From the NCBI GenBank assembly GCA_964016885.1, contig OZ024740.1:77562001-77626000 (forward strand): a DNA stretch of 64,000 nt, written 5' to 3'. Made by a program: the position numbers and the translations under genes. Shown here in pieces: positions 38,111-50,955 of the stretch. Origin of the DNA: Eledone cirrhosa (Eukaryota). Positions within the stretch are counted from its first letter, which is position 1. The number at the start of each line of letters is the position of its first letter. Below the pieces are notes generated by a model. The model was not told the DNA's origin and did no database searches. It saw only the letters and a program-made list of their open reading frames with translations.

Positions 38111-38137
38111 TATATATATATATACATACATACATAC

Positions 38138-38548
38138 ATGGTGGCTGCCAACTCGTTTTCGAGTACGGCCACTACTTCATATCCATGTAGGAGAACCCCT
38201 ACCGATGCGCTGAACGAGTGTGACTTTTTAGTCCAGCCAGCGACTTGAAAACTCTGGTACAAACACTGCACGTGTGACAATTATTGACACATAGTGCTGG
38301 GCTCATGGTACCATGTGACGACAAGTGCAGAGAGATCTCCAAATATAAAGCAATGCCTGTGCCGTGAAGCTTTTATAGTGAGCAAAGGCACTGCAAAAAG
38401 CCAGTCCCACTCTCTTAACCAAGATGATATTTACCAAAAAGAAGAACAAGTCAACATCATTGGATACCATCAGAGTTGCAGGTGTTATATCAGTGTTTTC
38501 CTACTCCTAGAATTCTGCCTTGACAAAGGCTAAGGGGTCATCTCTCCC
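38138..38548 (-). mobile_element. Non-coding retroposon embedded in (TACA)n; short copy at 49975-50040
   Basis: ATGGTGGCTGCCAACTCGTTTTCGAGTACGGCCACTACTT..ACCCCTACC occurs at both loci, each flanked by TACA repeats. Confidence 0.7.
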
Positions 38549-38601
38549 ATACATACATACATACATACATACATACATACATACATACATACATACAAAC
38601 A

Positions 38602-38632
<31 letters not shown>

Positions 38633-38923
38633 TAAAATTTACCTTCGCCATAGCTGTAAAGATATGTGAATTTCGTATATCTAAAGTTATACGGTACGTT
38701 TGTTAAATAAACATTTTGAAAGCCCAGCTATCAATATTGAAAGTCTGACGGCAAGCGCTGTCTAGCGGATTCAAGAAATTACACTGGTTCACAAACATAA
38801 GAAAATAGTTTGGCTGCCAATTTATTATGAAGATCAAACAAAGAGAGAGTGAGACAGAAAAAAGATAGAGAGATAATAAAGTCTTAATTAGATTCAGATC
38901 TTCGTTATAAAATCAAATACATC

Positions 38924-41900
38924 ATCAGGTCGAGCTTGCTCGGCCTTCTACGACACGTTTCCTCCATCCATCTCTGTCTCTTATAGCGTTTGCCAGTTCT
39001 TCCGCAGTGCATCCAGTATCGTCCTCAAGTTGCTTGACGTATGTCTTCTTGGGACGACCAGCGTTTCTTGCTCCATAAGATGGACTCCATAACCATACAT
39101 CGCCTGCTATTTCTTCCTTGTTGCGCCAACAGTGGCCAGCAAATCTGAGTTTCTGTTTATGTATTGACTTGCTGATAGGTGATATATTGCCATAGAGATA
39201 CTTATTTGTTGGGTGTTCCCTCCAAGATACGTTTAAAGCAGCACGGAGCATACGTGTGTATGCCCCGTCTAGCATTTTCTCCAGTTTTGACGTTAGCGTC
39301 CAAGTGATAGAGCCATAAACAGGCACAGATTTCACAGCAGCTCTGAAGAAATTCCTTTTCAGTTTGGCCGGCAGGTTTGATTTCCATATTTTTTCCATTG
39401 CATTCAATGATCCCCAGGCTTTGCCCAGTCTGATGTTAACATCATGTTCTGTGGAGGCGATATAGCTACCCAAGTATTTGAAGTCGTCAACTTGCTTGAT
39501 TATATCGCCGTTTAGACTTCGCATACCAACTGAGGAGTCTTGGTTCAGGCAAATATATTCTGTTTTGCCTGCGTTGACATAGAGTCCGATTTCCTTTGCA
39601 ACTGATTCGATGCTGTGAAGTAGTGATGTTGCATCCTTAAGGTAGTCAGCGAGGACCGCTAAATCATCCGCATAGTCAGCATCGGTGATTTTCTGAGCTG
39701 CATGGCGTCTACACTTTCGCCCAGAGCTTTTCTCAATACATAGTCGAGGCAGATGATAAAAATATAGGGTGCAAGAGTATCCCCTTGGAGTACTCCTGCA
39801 ATGATGTCAAAGAAGTTGGTATCTCCATCAGGTGAGGGCACCATTGCGCGGGTGTTTTTTATATAACATCATGGTGGCATTTACTGTTTCCTTTGGCAAG
39901 CCGTAGGCTAGAGGTATCTCTCTCATCCTCCCACGATGGATGGAATCGAATGCTTTTGAAAAGTCAATAAACAGGAGAGTTGCTGGGAGGTTTTTGGCTT
40001 TTACGCCTTACAAGATACGCCGAGTAGTAAGTATTTGCCCTGATGTTGATCTGTTGGTGCGGAAGCCATTTTGGTTTTTTCTCAGCAAGGGGTCAATGAC
40101 AGGTCTTATTCTGTCAAGCAACATGAGATTGTATATCTTTGCGGCAATTGCCATTAGTGTTATGCCACGGTAGTTTTTAGCCATTCCAAGATCGCCCTTT
40201 TTGGGAAAAGGGAGTATGCATCCCTCAGTCCATTTCTCTATGGGGTCTTGATTATAGACACCATTACACAACTCTAGTAGGATTGGGTGAAATTCAGGTA
40301 CCTTCCACACTTCAGCTGGGATCTCGTCGAGTCCGCACGCTTTTCCGTTACCAATACTTTTCACTGCTTTCTGTAGTTCCTCCATAGTGAAAGGACCTTT
40401 CTGTATTTGGTGTTCCTCTGTAAAAACGGGTATTATTTCTCCTTCGATGATCTGTGGTGCTTTGCCAAGTAGGTTCTGAAAATGTTGTTGCCACAGTTTT
40501 AAACGTTCGTTTTGGCTGGAGGCTTTCAGTTTGCTCGGTCACTACTTTTTCTGCCACTAATTTCATTGACAGTTTTCCAGGCTTCAGCAGACCTCTTATT
40601 ACTGACAGTACTTGAGATATGATTGATCTTTTTCTGCATGTATTCGGCTTGCTCAATTTCATACTCACTTTTCAGTGCTGTACAAACAGCATTTAAGTTA
40701 CTAATGTTTTCTGGAGATCGTTGAATGTCTTTCAATTCTGCAGCTTTTCGCAACTCTTTGCGCTTTTGGCGTATCCTCTCTGTTTCCCAGGGTTTTCGTT
40801 TTTTTAACCTTGGGTTTTAAAGGGGTGGTGTCGGCCGCTGCTTCTTTGAATGCCATTTGAAAGTGGTTAAATGTAGAATTTGACGATTTTGTTGGCGCAG
40901 AGTCTTGTAGGGCAGCAAATCGGTTGCTCAGTTGGGTTACAAACGTTTTGTAAGTCTCAGGATTGGTATTCAGAACTGCCCAGTTGTAAGGAGTAGCATT
41001 TGCAGATTTCTTTTTACCCACTCGGAGACTTAATCGTATCTTGGCCGAGTCAATGCAATGATCCGAGTCAACACTAACAAATGAGTCATATGCTCTGCAG
41101 TTTTTTGCGCTGTTCTTTCATTTTCGATTGATTATGATATAATCTAGTTGTGTCTTGTCGCCATTTGGAGATCTGTGTGGCCACCGCTGGCCTGGTCTTT
41201 TTTGGAATATGGCGTTGATACATCGTAAATTGTTCTCACACAAGTAATCTTTTAGCATACAACCGTTTCTATTGGTTTGTGAGTGGTATGAGAATTTGAA
41301 TCCATCAGGCTGTCCAAGACGCGCGTTGAAGTCTCCGCCAATGATGAGAACATTATGTTTCGGGACTTGTCTAGTGAGTGATGTTAGTTCCATGTAAAAC
41401 CTCTCTACTTCTGCCATGTCACATGCATTTGTTGGACTATAGCAAGAGATTACAATGGTTTTAGGATTCCCGTTAAACGTAGCTATCATTATCCTTGATG
41501 TTATCATTTCAACACTCGCAAGTGCGTCATATGCTCGCGGGCTGAAAAGTATTCCAACTCCACCATTTGCTGCATTCATGTTGTTATTCCAAGCTGAGCA
41601 GGTTATCAGCCTCCAATTGACAAATATTTGCTCCTTTGTTACAAGCTCTTCATGTATGAACCGGTGCTCTTGAAGACAGATAACATCATGGTTGGTCGCC
41701 CCTGCTGAAGCAGGCAGTTCAGGGATTTTATGGTCTTTCTGGAGTGTTTGAACATTGAGTGTACCAGCAAAGATGTCTTTCTTTCCGTATACAAGTCGGG
41801 GTTGGTTGTTTTCTCCGTGTATGTTTCCCAGTATCTGATTTTTCGACTGCAATCCGGTAATCCGTTGCAGAATCCGTTGTGCGACGAGCGCTGCGGGATG

Positions 41901-42480
41901 AACATCGAAGGATTTGTGTCATATTTAGCTTTCAATAGCTGGATATACACTTGCGGTCGCTACTCCATGCAAGTGAAAGCAGTACTCTGTATTAGAGCGG
42001 TTGTGCCTCATCGAAACATCCAACAATAGTTGATATGATCGCCTTGCCACTAGTAGTATGAACCAAATTCACAGTTACTTGATCATTGCCTTATCTACTG
42101 ATATGACATCCTGCTTACCAATGTCGTCGTTTAACCCAGTCAGGATTGGTTTGACAGATTGCCTACCAAGGCCAAAGAGCTCTGTCCGCTCTGGCTTTGA
42201 AATCAGAGTGGTCCCTCTCCTAGACAGATTGCCGACCAAGGCTACCAAATATACACTATATACACTATATACATATTTACACAATTTTTGGATGGCCGTT
42301 GACTCTTATGAGTTCTTCCGCCCTTTGTCAGGTTTTGTTTTTGTCCTGCAGGATGTCCAAAATCACCCTCCTCACCAAGTAAACTTGATGGGGTTGCCGG
42401 TTTAGTCGCCGACGACCCGACCATGCGACAGGTTGTACGGGGTTACATATTACCAGTAGCATTCGAGAGTGGCCTGACAT
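38924..42480 (-). mobile_element. Full-length RTE-clade LINE (APE plus RT), frameshifted, with 13-bp TSD
   Basis: APE: GTLNVQTL, LQEHR, GGVG, CYSPT, GGDFNA, LDYI. RT: KACGLDEIPAE, NYRGITL, QNGFR, GVLQGDTLAP, YADD, FKYLGS, RFAGHC, GRP. AATCAAATACATC at 38911-38923 and 42481-42493. Confidence 0.95.
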
Positions 42481-42887
42481 AATCAAATACATCTTGGGTC
42501 AAATATCCTTCTTGGGTGATGGGACCTAGCTTTCTGCATTGGAACTTCCTTCTCTTACTTTATCAGCCATGATAGTTCTGTAAGTAGAACTCCTCCACAG
42601 AAGGTATTTATTGTCCATCTCGCAGTGAACACACAAAGTAAATTTTCTAAAACAATGTCCGTTTCTGCTCTATTAAGCTTACTTCAATCTACATATTCAA
42701 AACAAGTGCAAAATCATCTCCAATTGCTTCCAACCAACAAGACCGCCGGTTCCGACAAAGTCTTTTCCATTATTCTTAAACAGTGCACTTAAGAGCTTGC
42801 CTCTAATCTCATCAACCCACCTCTCACTATTAGTTACTAGCTCTGTCTCATTCTCTCACGTTCTTTCTCCCCTACTCCCCCTTCCCT

Positions 42888-42947
<60 letters not shown>

Positions 42948-43014
42948 CGGATGTATCCCGATCTTATGGAGGAGACTGCTGTGAGTTTCATTCTTTTGAA
43001 AGGCAACCCTATCT

Positions 43015-43350
43015 CACTCACTAGCAACATCTTGTAGATGATAGAAACAATTATTAGCAACAGTCTTCTCTATAATAAGGCCCCCTTAAAGCTACATCCA
43101 CTGGAGACCTACTCTTTTACATCACACTCTAGAGGGCCCTCGACCGCATGAATTTTTAGTGAAAAAAATGTTGTAGCACTCAACATCAACAAAGAATTCA
43201 ATCATGTCTGGCATGTAGGTATCCTAGAAAAAGTCTACGCCTATGGATTCCATCCGTCTCTCGTCTCTTTGATTGGTGACTTTCTGTCATATGCTGATGG
43301 GGATCTCTCTGACCTACACTTTATCAACTTTGGTATGCCCTAAGCTTCGT
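43015..43350 (+). mobile_element. Degraded CR1/L2/Jockey-group RT fragment
   Basis: STGDLL..VALNINKEFNHVWHVGILEK..YGF..DFLS..INFGMP* corresponds to the ALDISKAFDRVWH..GVPQGS motifs. Confidence 0.65.
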
Positions 43351-43391
43351 ACACATACACCTTCCTAATGTTTGTATGCGTATCTATTTGT

Positions 43392-43536
<145 letters not shown>

Positions 43537-43651
43537 TATGGCATAAATTCAGGCTGTTCGCTTTGTTGACAAACAAACGAACAAAGCGGCCGGCGTTATA
43601 ATAAACGTCGACTAAACTGATGCGTGCATATATGTATGTGTACCTGTATGC

Positions 43652-43695
<44 letters not shown>

Positions 43696-43744
43696 GCTAC
43701 TGTACGTCTGTATACATATATGTATGTACGTATACATACATACT

Positions 43745-43794
<50 letters not shown>

Positions 43795-43796
43795 AT

Positions 43797-44469
<673 letters not shown>

Positions 44470-44701
44470 TCATCAGAGACAATCACTCAACCGGTACTGG
44501 CTTGGACATAGACTAGAATCTATATAAAGTTGCGTGATGAACATTTACTGGTGTTGTTCATTTGCATAGAGCAAACAGAAAACATTGGCTGGAAATGCTC
44601 ATTTACATATAATACGAATTTGGCTGTTTATAATTAATTGGCAGTAGCACTAAAACAGCATTCGTGCATAATAGAGGTGTATATGAAATGATATTCTATA
44701 T

Positions 44702-44982
44702 CAGTCATGGGCAACCTGCGGCCCGCGAAGCTTTCTGAATGGCTCGCCTAAGTCACCCAAATGAAATCTTTCTGATTTTTTTACACCACTTTTCAGTCGT
44801 AATTTATCTTTCTATCATTTTTACGATCGAGGAAAACAACGTGTACCAATTCTGAAGAAACAAATCAAAACAACCTGAGTTACGGCCTTTTTTTTAATGT
44901 GGGCATGAATGTTAATTACAGCTTGCGGTCCGCCTGATGATGAGCCATATCTCCACTTCTCGAAAAAGGTTGCCCATGCCTG
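44702..44982. mobile_element. hAT (Charlie-like) MITE with 8-bp TSD
   Basis: TIRs CAGTCATGGGCAACC / GGTTGCCCATGCCTG. TTCTATAT at 44694-44701 and 44983-44990. Confidence 0.92.
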
Positions 44983-45316
44983 TTCTATATATTTATATAC
45001 AATAAACATATTGTAGCCTCGCTATCAAAGAAAATAGATTTTGCATAACGAAAATAATTTTTTTTTTTTCTGTGAAAACCTCAAATACATTTTCTGAGAT
45101 GTAGATAATTATAATTTGATAATTATATATTTTGTACTCACATCATAGTTGCTGAAATGACATTACATTTCTTTTTAAAATTTATGATATTGATCTGATT
45201 GATATTATTCTTTAACAACATGAAATTGGAAAGCATGATGAAAAAATTTCCCATCTACATTTGGACAATAGTTTAAAAGATTCCAACAGCATATTCGTGA
45301 TCCACACCTTCAAATA

Positions 45317-45466
45317 CCGTATTTCTCGGCGTCAAATACGCTACTTTTTTCCTAAAATATGTCTAAAAAATCTACCATGTGTCCTGGTGGCCGAAGGTTG
45401 TTTATTATTTTTTTCAAATCTTTAGTTGTCAAATTTAGGGTGCGTCTTCGGCGCCGGGAAATACGG
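45317..45466. mobile_element. Tc2/pogo-like MITE with TA TSD
   Basis: TA|CCGTATTTCTCGGCGTC..ACGC ... GCGT..GGCGCCGGGAAATACGG|TA. Confidence 0.85.
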
Positions 45467-45611
45467 TAGTTATCTCTGCAATCTTTACAAATATGCATTA
45501 TTAAGAAAGTTATGGGGGTAACAAATTCAGGTGGTGGCGACATATTGTAGTTATATCTTATAGGGTGCCTAAGATTGCCTACATATTCAAACTATCTTAA
45601 CCAATCGGTAG

Positions 45612-45768
45612 AGGCAGCGTATTGGTAGAGTCGTTAGAACGTCTGATAGAATGGTTTGCGGTACTTGTTTCGCCTTTCTGTTCTTTCAGTTCAAATACTG
45701 CCGAGGACAACTTTGCCTTTCATCTTTTGAGATCGATAAAGAAAGTACCAGTCTAGTACTGGAGCCGA
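45612..45768 (+). mobile_element. Older tRNA-derived SINE related to the main family
   Basis: TTGGTAGAGTCGTTAG, AGTTCAAATACTGCCGAGG..CTTTGCCTTTCATC..TCGATAAA..AGTACCAG. Confidence 0.75.
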
Positions 45769-46446
45769 TTATTTCTTTCTCACTTCCATTCTCTCACACA
45801 CTATCCTTCCAATATTGATTATCTCAATGTCTTGGAATTCCCGGTGTTGTATTTTGAGTTTCAGAAACCATGGTTGGGGCATTATATAAGTTAAAATTGA
45901 CAAAATCGGGTCTGAAAAGCCACCTGTGGGCACATGATCATGCAATGTTCAATGAAGGGGTGGTACTCTTCTGACAAGAAATAGCAATCAGCATGTATGC
46001 ATGTATATGTATTTAAGCGTGTGTGTGTGTGTGTGTTTGTGCCTGTGTGTGTGTGTCTGTGTCTGTGTGTTTGTATGTATGTATGTATGTATATATGTAT
46101 GCATGTATGTATGCATATATGTATGTATCTGAGCGTGTCTTTATTTGGTTGTAGCGTTTAGTGTGGTACCAACATGTATTTGGTTATATACCCCAGTTAT
46201 AGAAGAAGGATGGTCTGTATATACCCATCTCAAAACACTAATATCCCTTTAAATACACACACACATACACACACACGCATACACACACATATACACACAC
46301 ACGCACATACACACACACGCACGCACGCACACACATACATACACACACACACGTACACAGCATAGGTCTTCCCACTCATCTTCTTTCTCTACTTCACTTC
46401 TTTTCCTGCGAACCTCGTCTCGTTGAAATCCTTCAATTGTCCACCT

Positions 46447-46760
46447 GTGGTGGTGGTGGTGGTGGTGGCAAGGGTGGTGGTGATAGTGTTGGTGTTTGTG
46501 TTGATGCTGATGTTCGTGCTGGGTATTGTTGGTTTTGGTGGTGTTTGTGGTGATGGTGATGCTTGTGTTGTTTGTGTTGTTGGTGTTGGTGTTAGTGGTA
46601 TTTGTGGTGTTTGTGTTGTTGGTGATAGTGGTGTTGGTGTTGGTGGTGGTAGTGGTGTTGGTGTTGGTGTTGGTGGTGGTAGTGGTGTTGGTGTTGGTGA
46701 TGGTGTTGATGGTGGTAAGGGTGTTGGTGTTGATGTTGGTGCTGGTGTTGGTGCTGGTTA
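46447..46760. repeat. Degenerate (TGG/TGT)n trinucleotide array
   Basis: Direct reading. Confidence 0.9.
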
Positions 46761-47234
46761 TGCTTTTTGCCTATATCATCTCATCTGCAAAACATAGATG
46801 GTGTAATGGCGTCATCCTCATCCGCTCCACTTCACCAAAGAGAATTTTGCTGCTGCTGTTGTTGGTGGTAGTGTTGGCGACACTGGTGGTGGTGGTAGCG
46901 GCGCTGGTGGTGTGGATGATGAGGTGGAGGAGAAGGGGGAGAAGGATTTCTAAAATTGGTTGAGATCCCAGCCAGTACGTTAGATTGAAGCGACTTCTAA
47001 TGAGGACTTTATTCAGTCAACATCGACTACGGACAGGTGCCAACTGAAAACATAGAACATTTAGTCGTGTCCCCCCCCCCCCCATCTTTACTTCTTGCCA
47101 TCTCACTTTGGTTAACAAGGGAGCCTCAACACGGTAGCTCGTACTGCAAGAAATAACAGTCAATTTTTCCTTAAATCACACCCTTTATTCTTATAAAAAG
47201 ACGGGTGCATTAGATAATGTAGTCTCAGATACGC

Positions 47235-47537
47235 TACTCTCGAGTCTCGAATACCCCCCCCCCCCCTTATTATTGAATTTTGCTGATATATCTCAGGCAG
47301 CAAAATTATATTTTATGTAGTAGCATTCATGCGACAATTCTTTTATGCATTATACATGACGAAAAAGTATATTACTAGAAATTCCAAACGTTATAAAATA
47401 TACAGGATGGTTTGGGGTCCCAATATGTAAACTAAATTACTAATTCTGGTTTTTAAAAAAATCAACGGGAACTACCTAGAAAAATTACCCCGTTTATTCC
47501 ACATCCCCTTCCCCCTATTATTTGGGATCCAAGAGTA
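47235..47537. mobile_element. Degraded MITE-like dispersed repeat; inverted homologue at ~62540-62910
   Basis: 47350-47440 is the reverse complement of 62660-62750 (ATTTAGTTTACATATTG.GACCCCAA..ATTTCTAGTAAT..TCATGTATAAT). Imperfect TIRs TACTCTCG.. / ..CAAGAGTA. Confidence 0.55.
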
Positions 47538-47849
47538 CCTGAAAAAAGATGGGTTGATCACAACTGAAACATCTTTTACCAGAGATCTGCTATACAGTTA
47601 TAAAGTAACACAGCCACACACAATCACAAACTTTCTCATCAATTACTTTCGGACATATGTGGTTTACTGCACTGGCTAATATATTTTAGTCAGGACAAAA
47701 CTGATGTTCTGTCGACTAAGTGAGACCCTCTACGTTGTCACTCGATTTACTAGAAATAGCAGCCAAATATCCCTAAAGTTACACCGTCACCATCTGATCA
47801 TGCATTCCTATATGTCTGAAAAAGAAAATGAAGTTAGTGTAGTTATAAT

Positions 47850-47952
47850 TGTTTCTACGTTAGGCACAAGGCCAGCAATTACCAGTGTATTACTGGTACT
47901 TTATTTTATCGACCCCGTAAGGATGAAAGGCAAAGTTAACCTCGGCGGGATT
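47850..47952 (-). mobile_element. SINE main family, 3' half
   Basis: TTTCTACGTTAGGCACAAGGCCAGC..ATCGACCCCGTAAGGATGAAAGGCAAAGTTAACCTCGGCGGGATT. Confidence 0.85.
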
Positions 47953-49499
47953 ATAAGGTCTTTTGGTGATATGTCTGCTCAATTGGGTCAAAGGTTAAAG
48001 ATCAATTACTCGTATCAATAATGTAAAATTTTACGTGCAACACAATTCCAGGTGAAGTACCGTCGTACATCTCAGCTAGAAAAAAGTTGAAAACATATTG
48101 ACAGAGAAATAGCGATATATTCCTCAACCTGAGATGCATATCACCAAAAATAATCCATCTTGTCCACCTTTGTGGTCACCATTAGAATCAACAGAAATAA
48201 AATAGTGAAGGGAGAACAATTTGCGTAGACTATCATGTTCCACATCACACAATTCCTCACTGCTAGGTACTCCCAGGTCTTGAATAATCGCCCTCGTTTA
48301 TAAGTATTTAAACAAATGTCCACACACTCCCTCACTCCTACACACACACATTTATTCCAGCACCCCTCCTATTATAGAGTAGATGTATAGTGTACCGGGA
48401 AAAGTTGATCAGGGTTTCACATTTCGTCGTTGGACCAAATATTTCTATGCTATAGGACTATTCGATCAGAGGTGTCTTGGTTGACCCAGGCCCGTGTTAA
48501 CAGCTTTAATTGAGCCCATACATACACAACCACAGCATGCATAGACCCATAGACGCAATGGGTACAAATCAACAAGAGAGATTCTATATACTCGTTTTTA
48601 GAGCCGGGTTAAATTCTTTTGATGCTCCGAATAATTATAGTAACCTCCATATATGAAGTCAGCAATTTTCTCTTTTTTTAAAATAATAAATACATTTAAT
48701 TTCCATGGTGGCCTCTTCCTTTGCTGCCCTAAAGATATGCCTATTTTCCTTAATAGTTAATCCAGCCCTACTCTATATGTTCATTTAGCCTATATGCAGT
48801 GGTCAATTCTTGCTCAAATCAGACCCTACAATCTTTAAAAAATTTAAGGTCAAACAGGAGAATGTAACAGTAATACATATAATATTTGGCAAAGATAAAC
48901 TATATCAGATATGGTCTTCTTGTACAGGCCTGACCTGGGGGTAGCTATCAACATAAACAACCCGTGTTTAAAAAGGCGTGGGTGGGTGTGTTCATGCGAG
49001 TATTTATTAATACGTGCTTATCAGTATATGTATATGTGCTTTGCGTAGGTGGTTTGGCACATGTATGTATGTATGTATGTATATATGTATATATTAAATT
49101 ATGTATGTATGTGTATGTATGAACGTATGTGTGAATGTATGTATGTGTATTTGTGCCTGTGTGTGTTTGTGTTTGGTGTAGTGGGGCATATGTGCATGTG
49201 TGAGCGCGTGTGTTTGAATATTCCTAGTCAATATACAGCAGATCAACAAGTAGAGAGAGAAAAAGGGGGAAGCAAAGAAAAGCAAGAAAGGCTGAGAGAA
49301 AGAAAGAGGGAAGATGTGTGGAAGTGGGGATAACTTTTGAAAAGAAAGTGGCGAAATCCAGGCAGCATGTGATTAAAATAAAGGTCAGTATGTCACGTTA
49401 AAGGACGGTCACGTGATCTATCCTTCCCACCCACTCTCACACGCACTCATAGACATAAACGAATGCCCATAGCCGCACATATGTATATAGACAATCGAA

Positions 49500-49652
49500 C
49501 ATACACATACATAAATACATACATACAAGTATATACATAAATACATAGATACATACACACAAACATACATACATTCATACATACATGCATATATACATAC
49601 AAACATAAATACATACACATAAACATACATACATTCATACGTACATGCATAA

Positions 49653-49695
<43 letters not shown>

Positions 49696-50400
49696 AATAC
49701 ATACATTCATGCATACATGCATATATACATACATATATATATATATACATACACAAACATACACACACACAAACATACATACACACAAACATACATACAT
49801 ATATACATACACACAAACATGCATACATACATACACACAAACATGCATACATACATACACACAAACATGCATACATACATACACAAACATACATACATAC
49901 ATACACACGCAAACATGCATACATACATGAACACAAACAAGCATACATACATACACACAAACATACATACATACATGGTGGCTGCCAACTCGTTTTCGAG
50001 TACGGCCACTACTTTACATCCATGTAGGATAACCCCTACCTACATACATACACACAAACGTACATACATACATACATACACACAAACATACATACATACA
50101 TACATACACACAAACATGCATACATACATACACACAAACATGCATACATACATACACACAAACATGCATACATACATACACACAAACATGCATACATACA
50201 TACACACAAACATGCATACATACATACACACACACGAACATACATACATACATACACATAAACATGCATACATACATATACACAAACATGCATACATACA
50301 CACACACAAACATGCATATATACATACACAGAAACATACATACATACATACACACAAACATACACAGAAACATACATACAAATATACATATATACACAAA
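49500..50400. repeat. (TACA)n-derived array with 24-bp higher-order unit CACAAACATGCATACATACATACA
   Basis: Direct reading; translates as (HTYIHTNM)n. Confidence 0.9.
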
Positions 50401-50537
50401 CTCAGCAACCGGAAGCTGTTCAGGTCCGTCACACGTGCTGTGTGTCAAATGTAATCGACAAGGAGCTTCAGGGAAAGAGGGTCAGGTTAACCCTACTGAA
50501 ACAGAACAGAGGAGAGAGTAGAGCTGGGGGAGGGAGA

Positions 50538-50637
50538 GAAGAAGAAGAAGAAGAAGAAGAAGAAGAAGAAGAAGAAGAAGAAGAAGAAGAAGAAGAAGAA
50601 GAAGAAGAAGAAGAAGAAGAAGAAGAAGAAGAAGAAG
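50538..50637 (+). repeat. (GAA)n, about 33 units
   Basis: Direct reading. Confidence 0.97.
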
Positions 50638-50955
50638 GAGGGGGAGGAGCAGAAGGAGGTGGAGTAGGAGGAGGAGAAGGTGAAAATGCTGGTGATGAGG
50701 TAGAAGTAGTAGAAGAATAAAAGCAACGACAAAAACAAGATCAAGGACAACAACAACAACACCAAGGAATGGAGACCCTTATCGCTTGAGGACATGGTGA
50801 GGAGGGGGAGGGAGGGAACGTTAGCTTTAGCTCCCAACTTTAAATCAGGAGAAGAAAGTGTGGGGTGGTTGTGGGTGGGGACAGTAGGCTGCAAAGGTCT
50901 CTAAATAGAAACCTTTAAATGAAGCCGACCTTACTTCCGCGCAATGTAATGAAAT

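Noticed and set aside
44930-44970. CTGATGA..GAAA inside the hAT MITE (also CTGATGA at 4707 and 28608) as hammerheads
   Set aside because: No complementary stems I-III could be formed. Likely chance matches.
46423-46963. Gly/Val-rich or membrane-like ORFs
   Set aside because: Derived from the degenerate (TGG/TGT)n array; no splice or homology support.
50400-50500. Minus-strand coding exon after TTCTGTTTCAG acceptor
   Set aside because: All three frames hit a stop within about nine codons, and the polypyrimidine tract is just the (TTC)n repeat.
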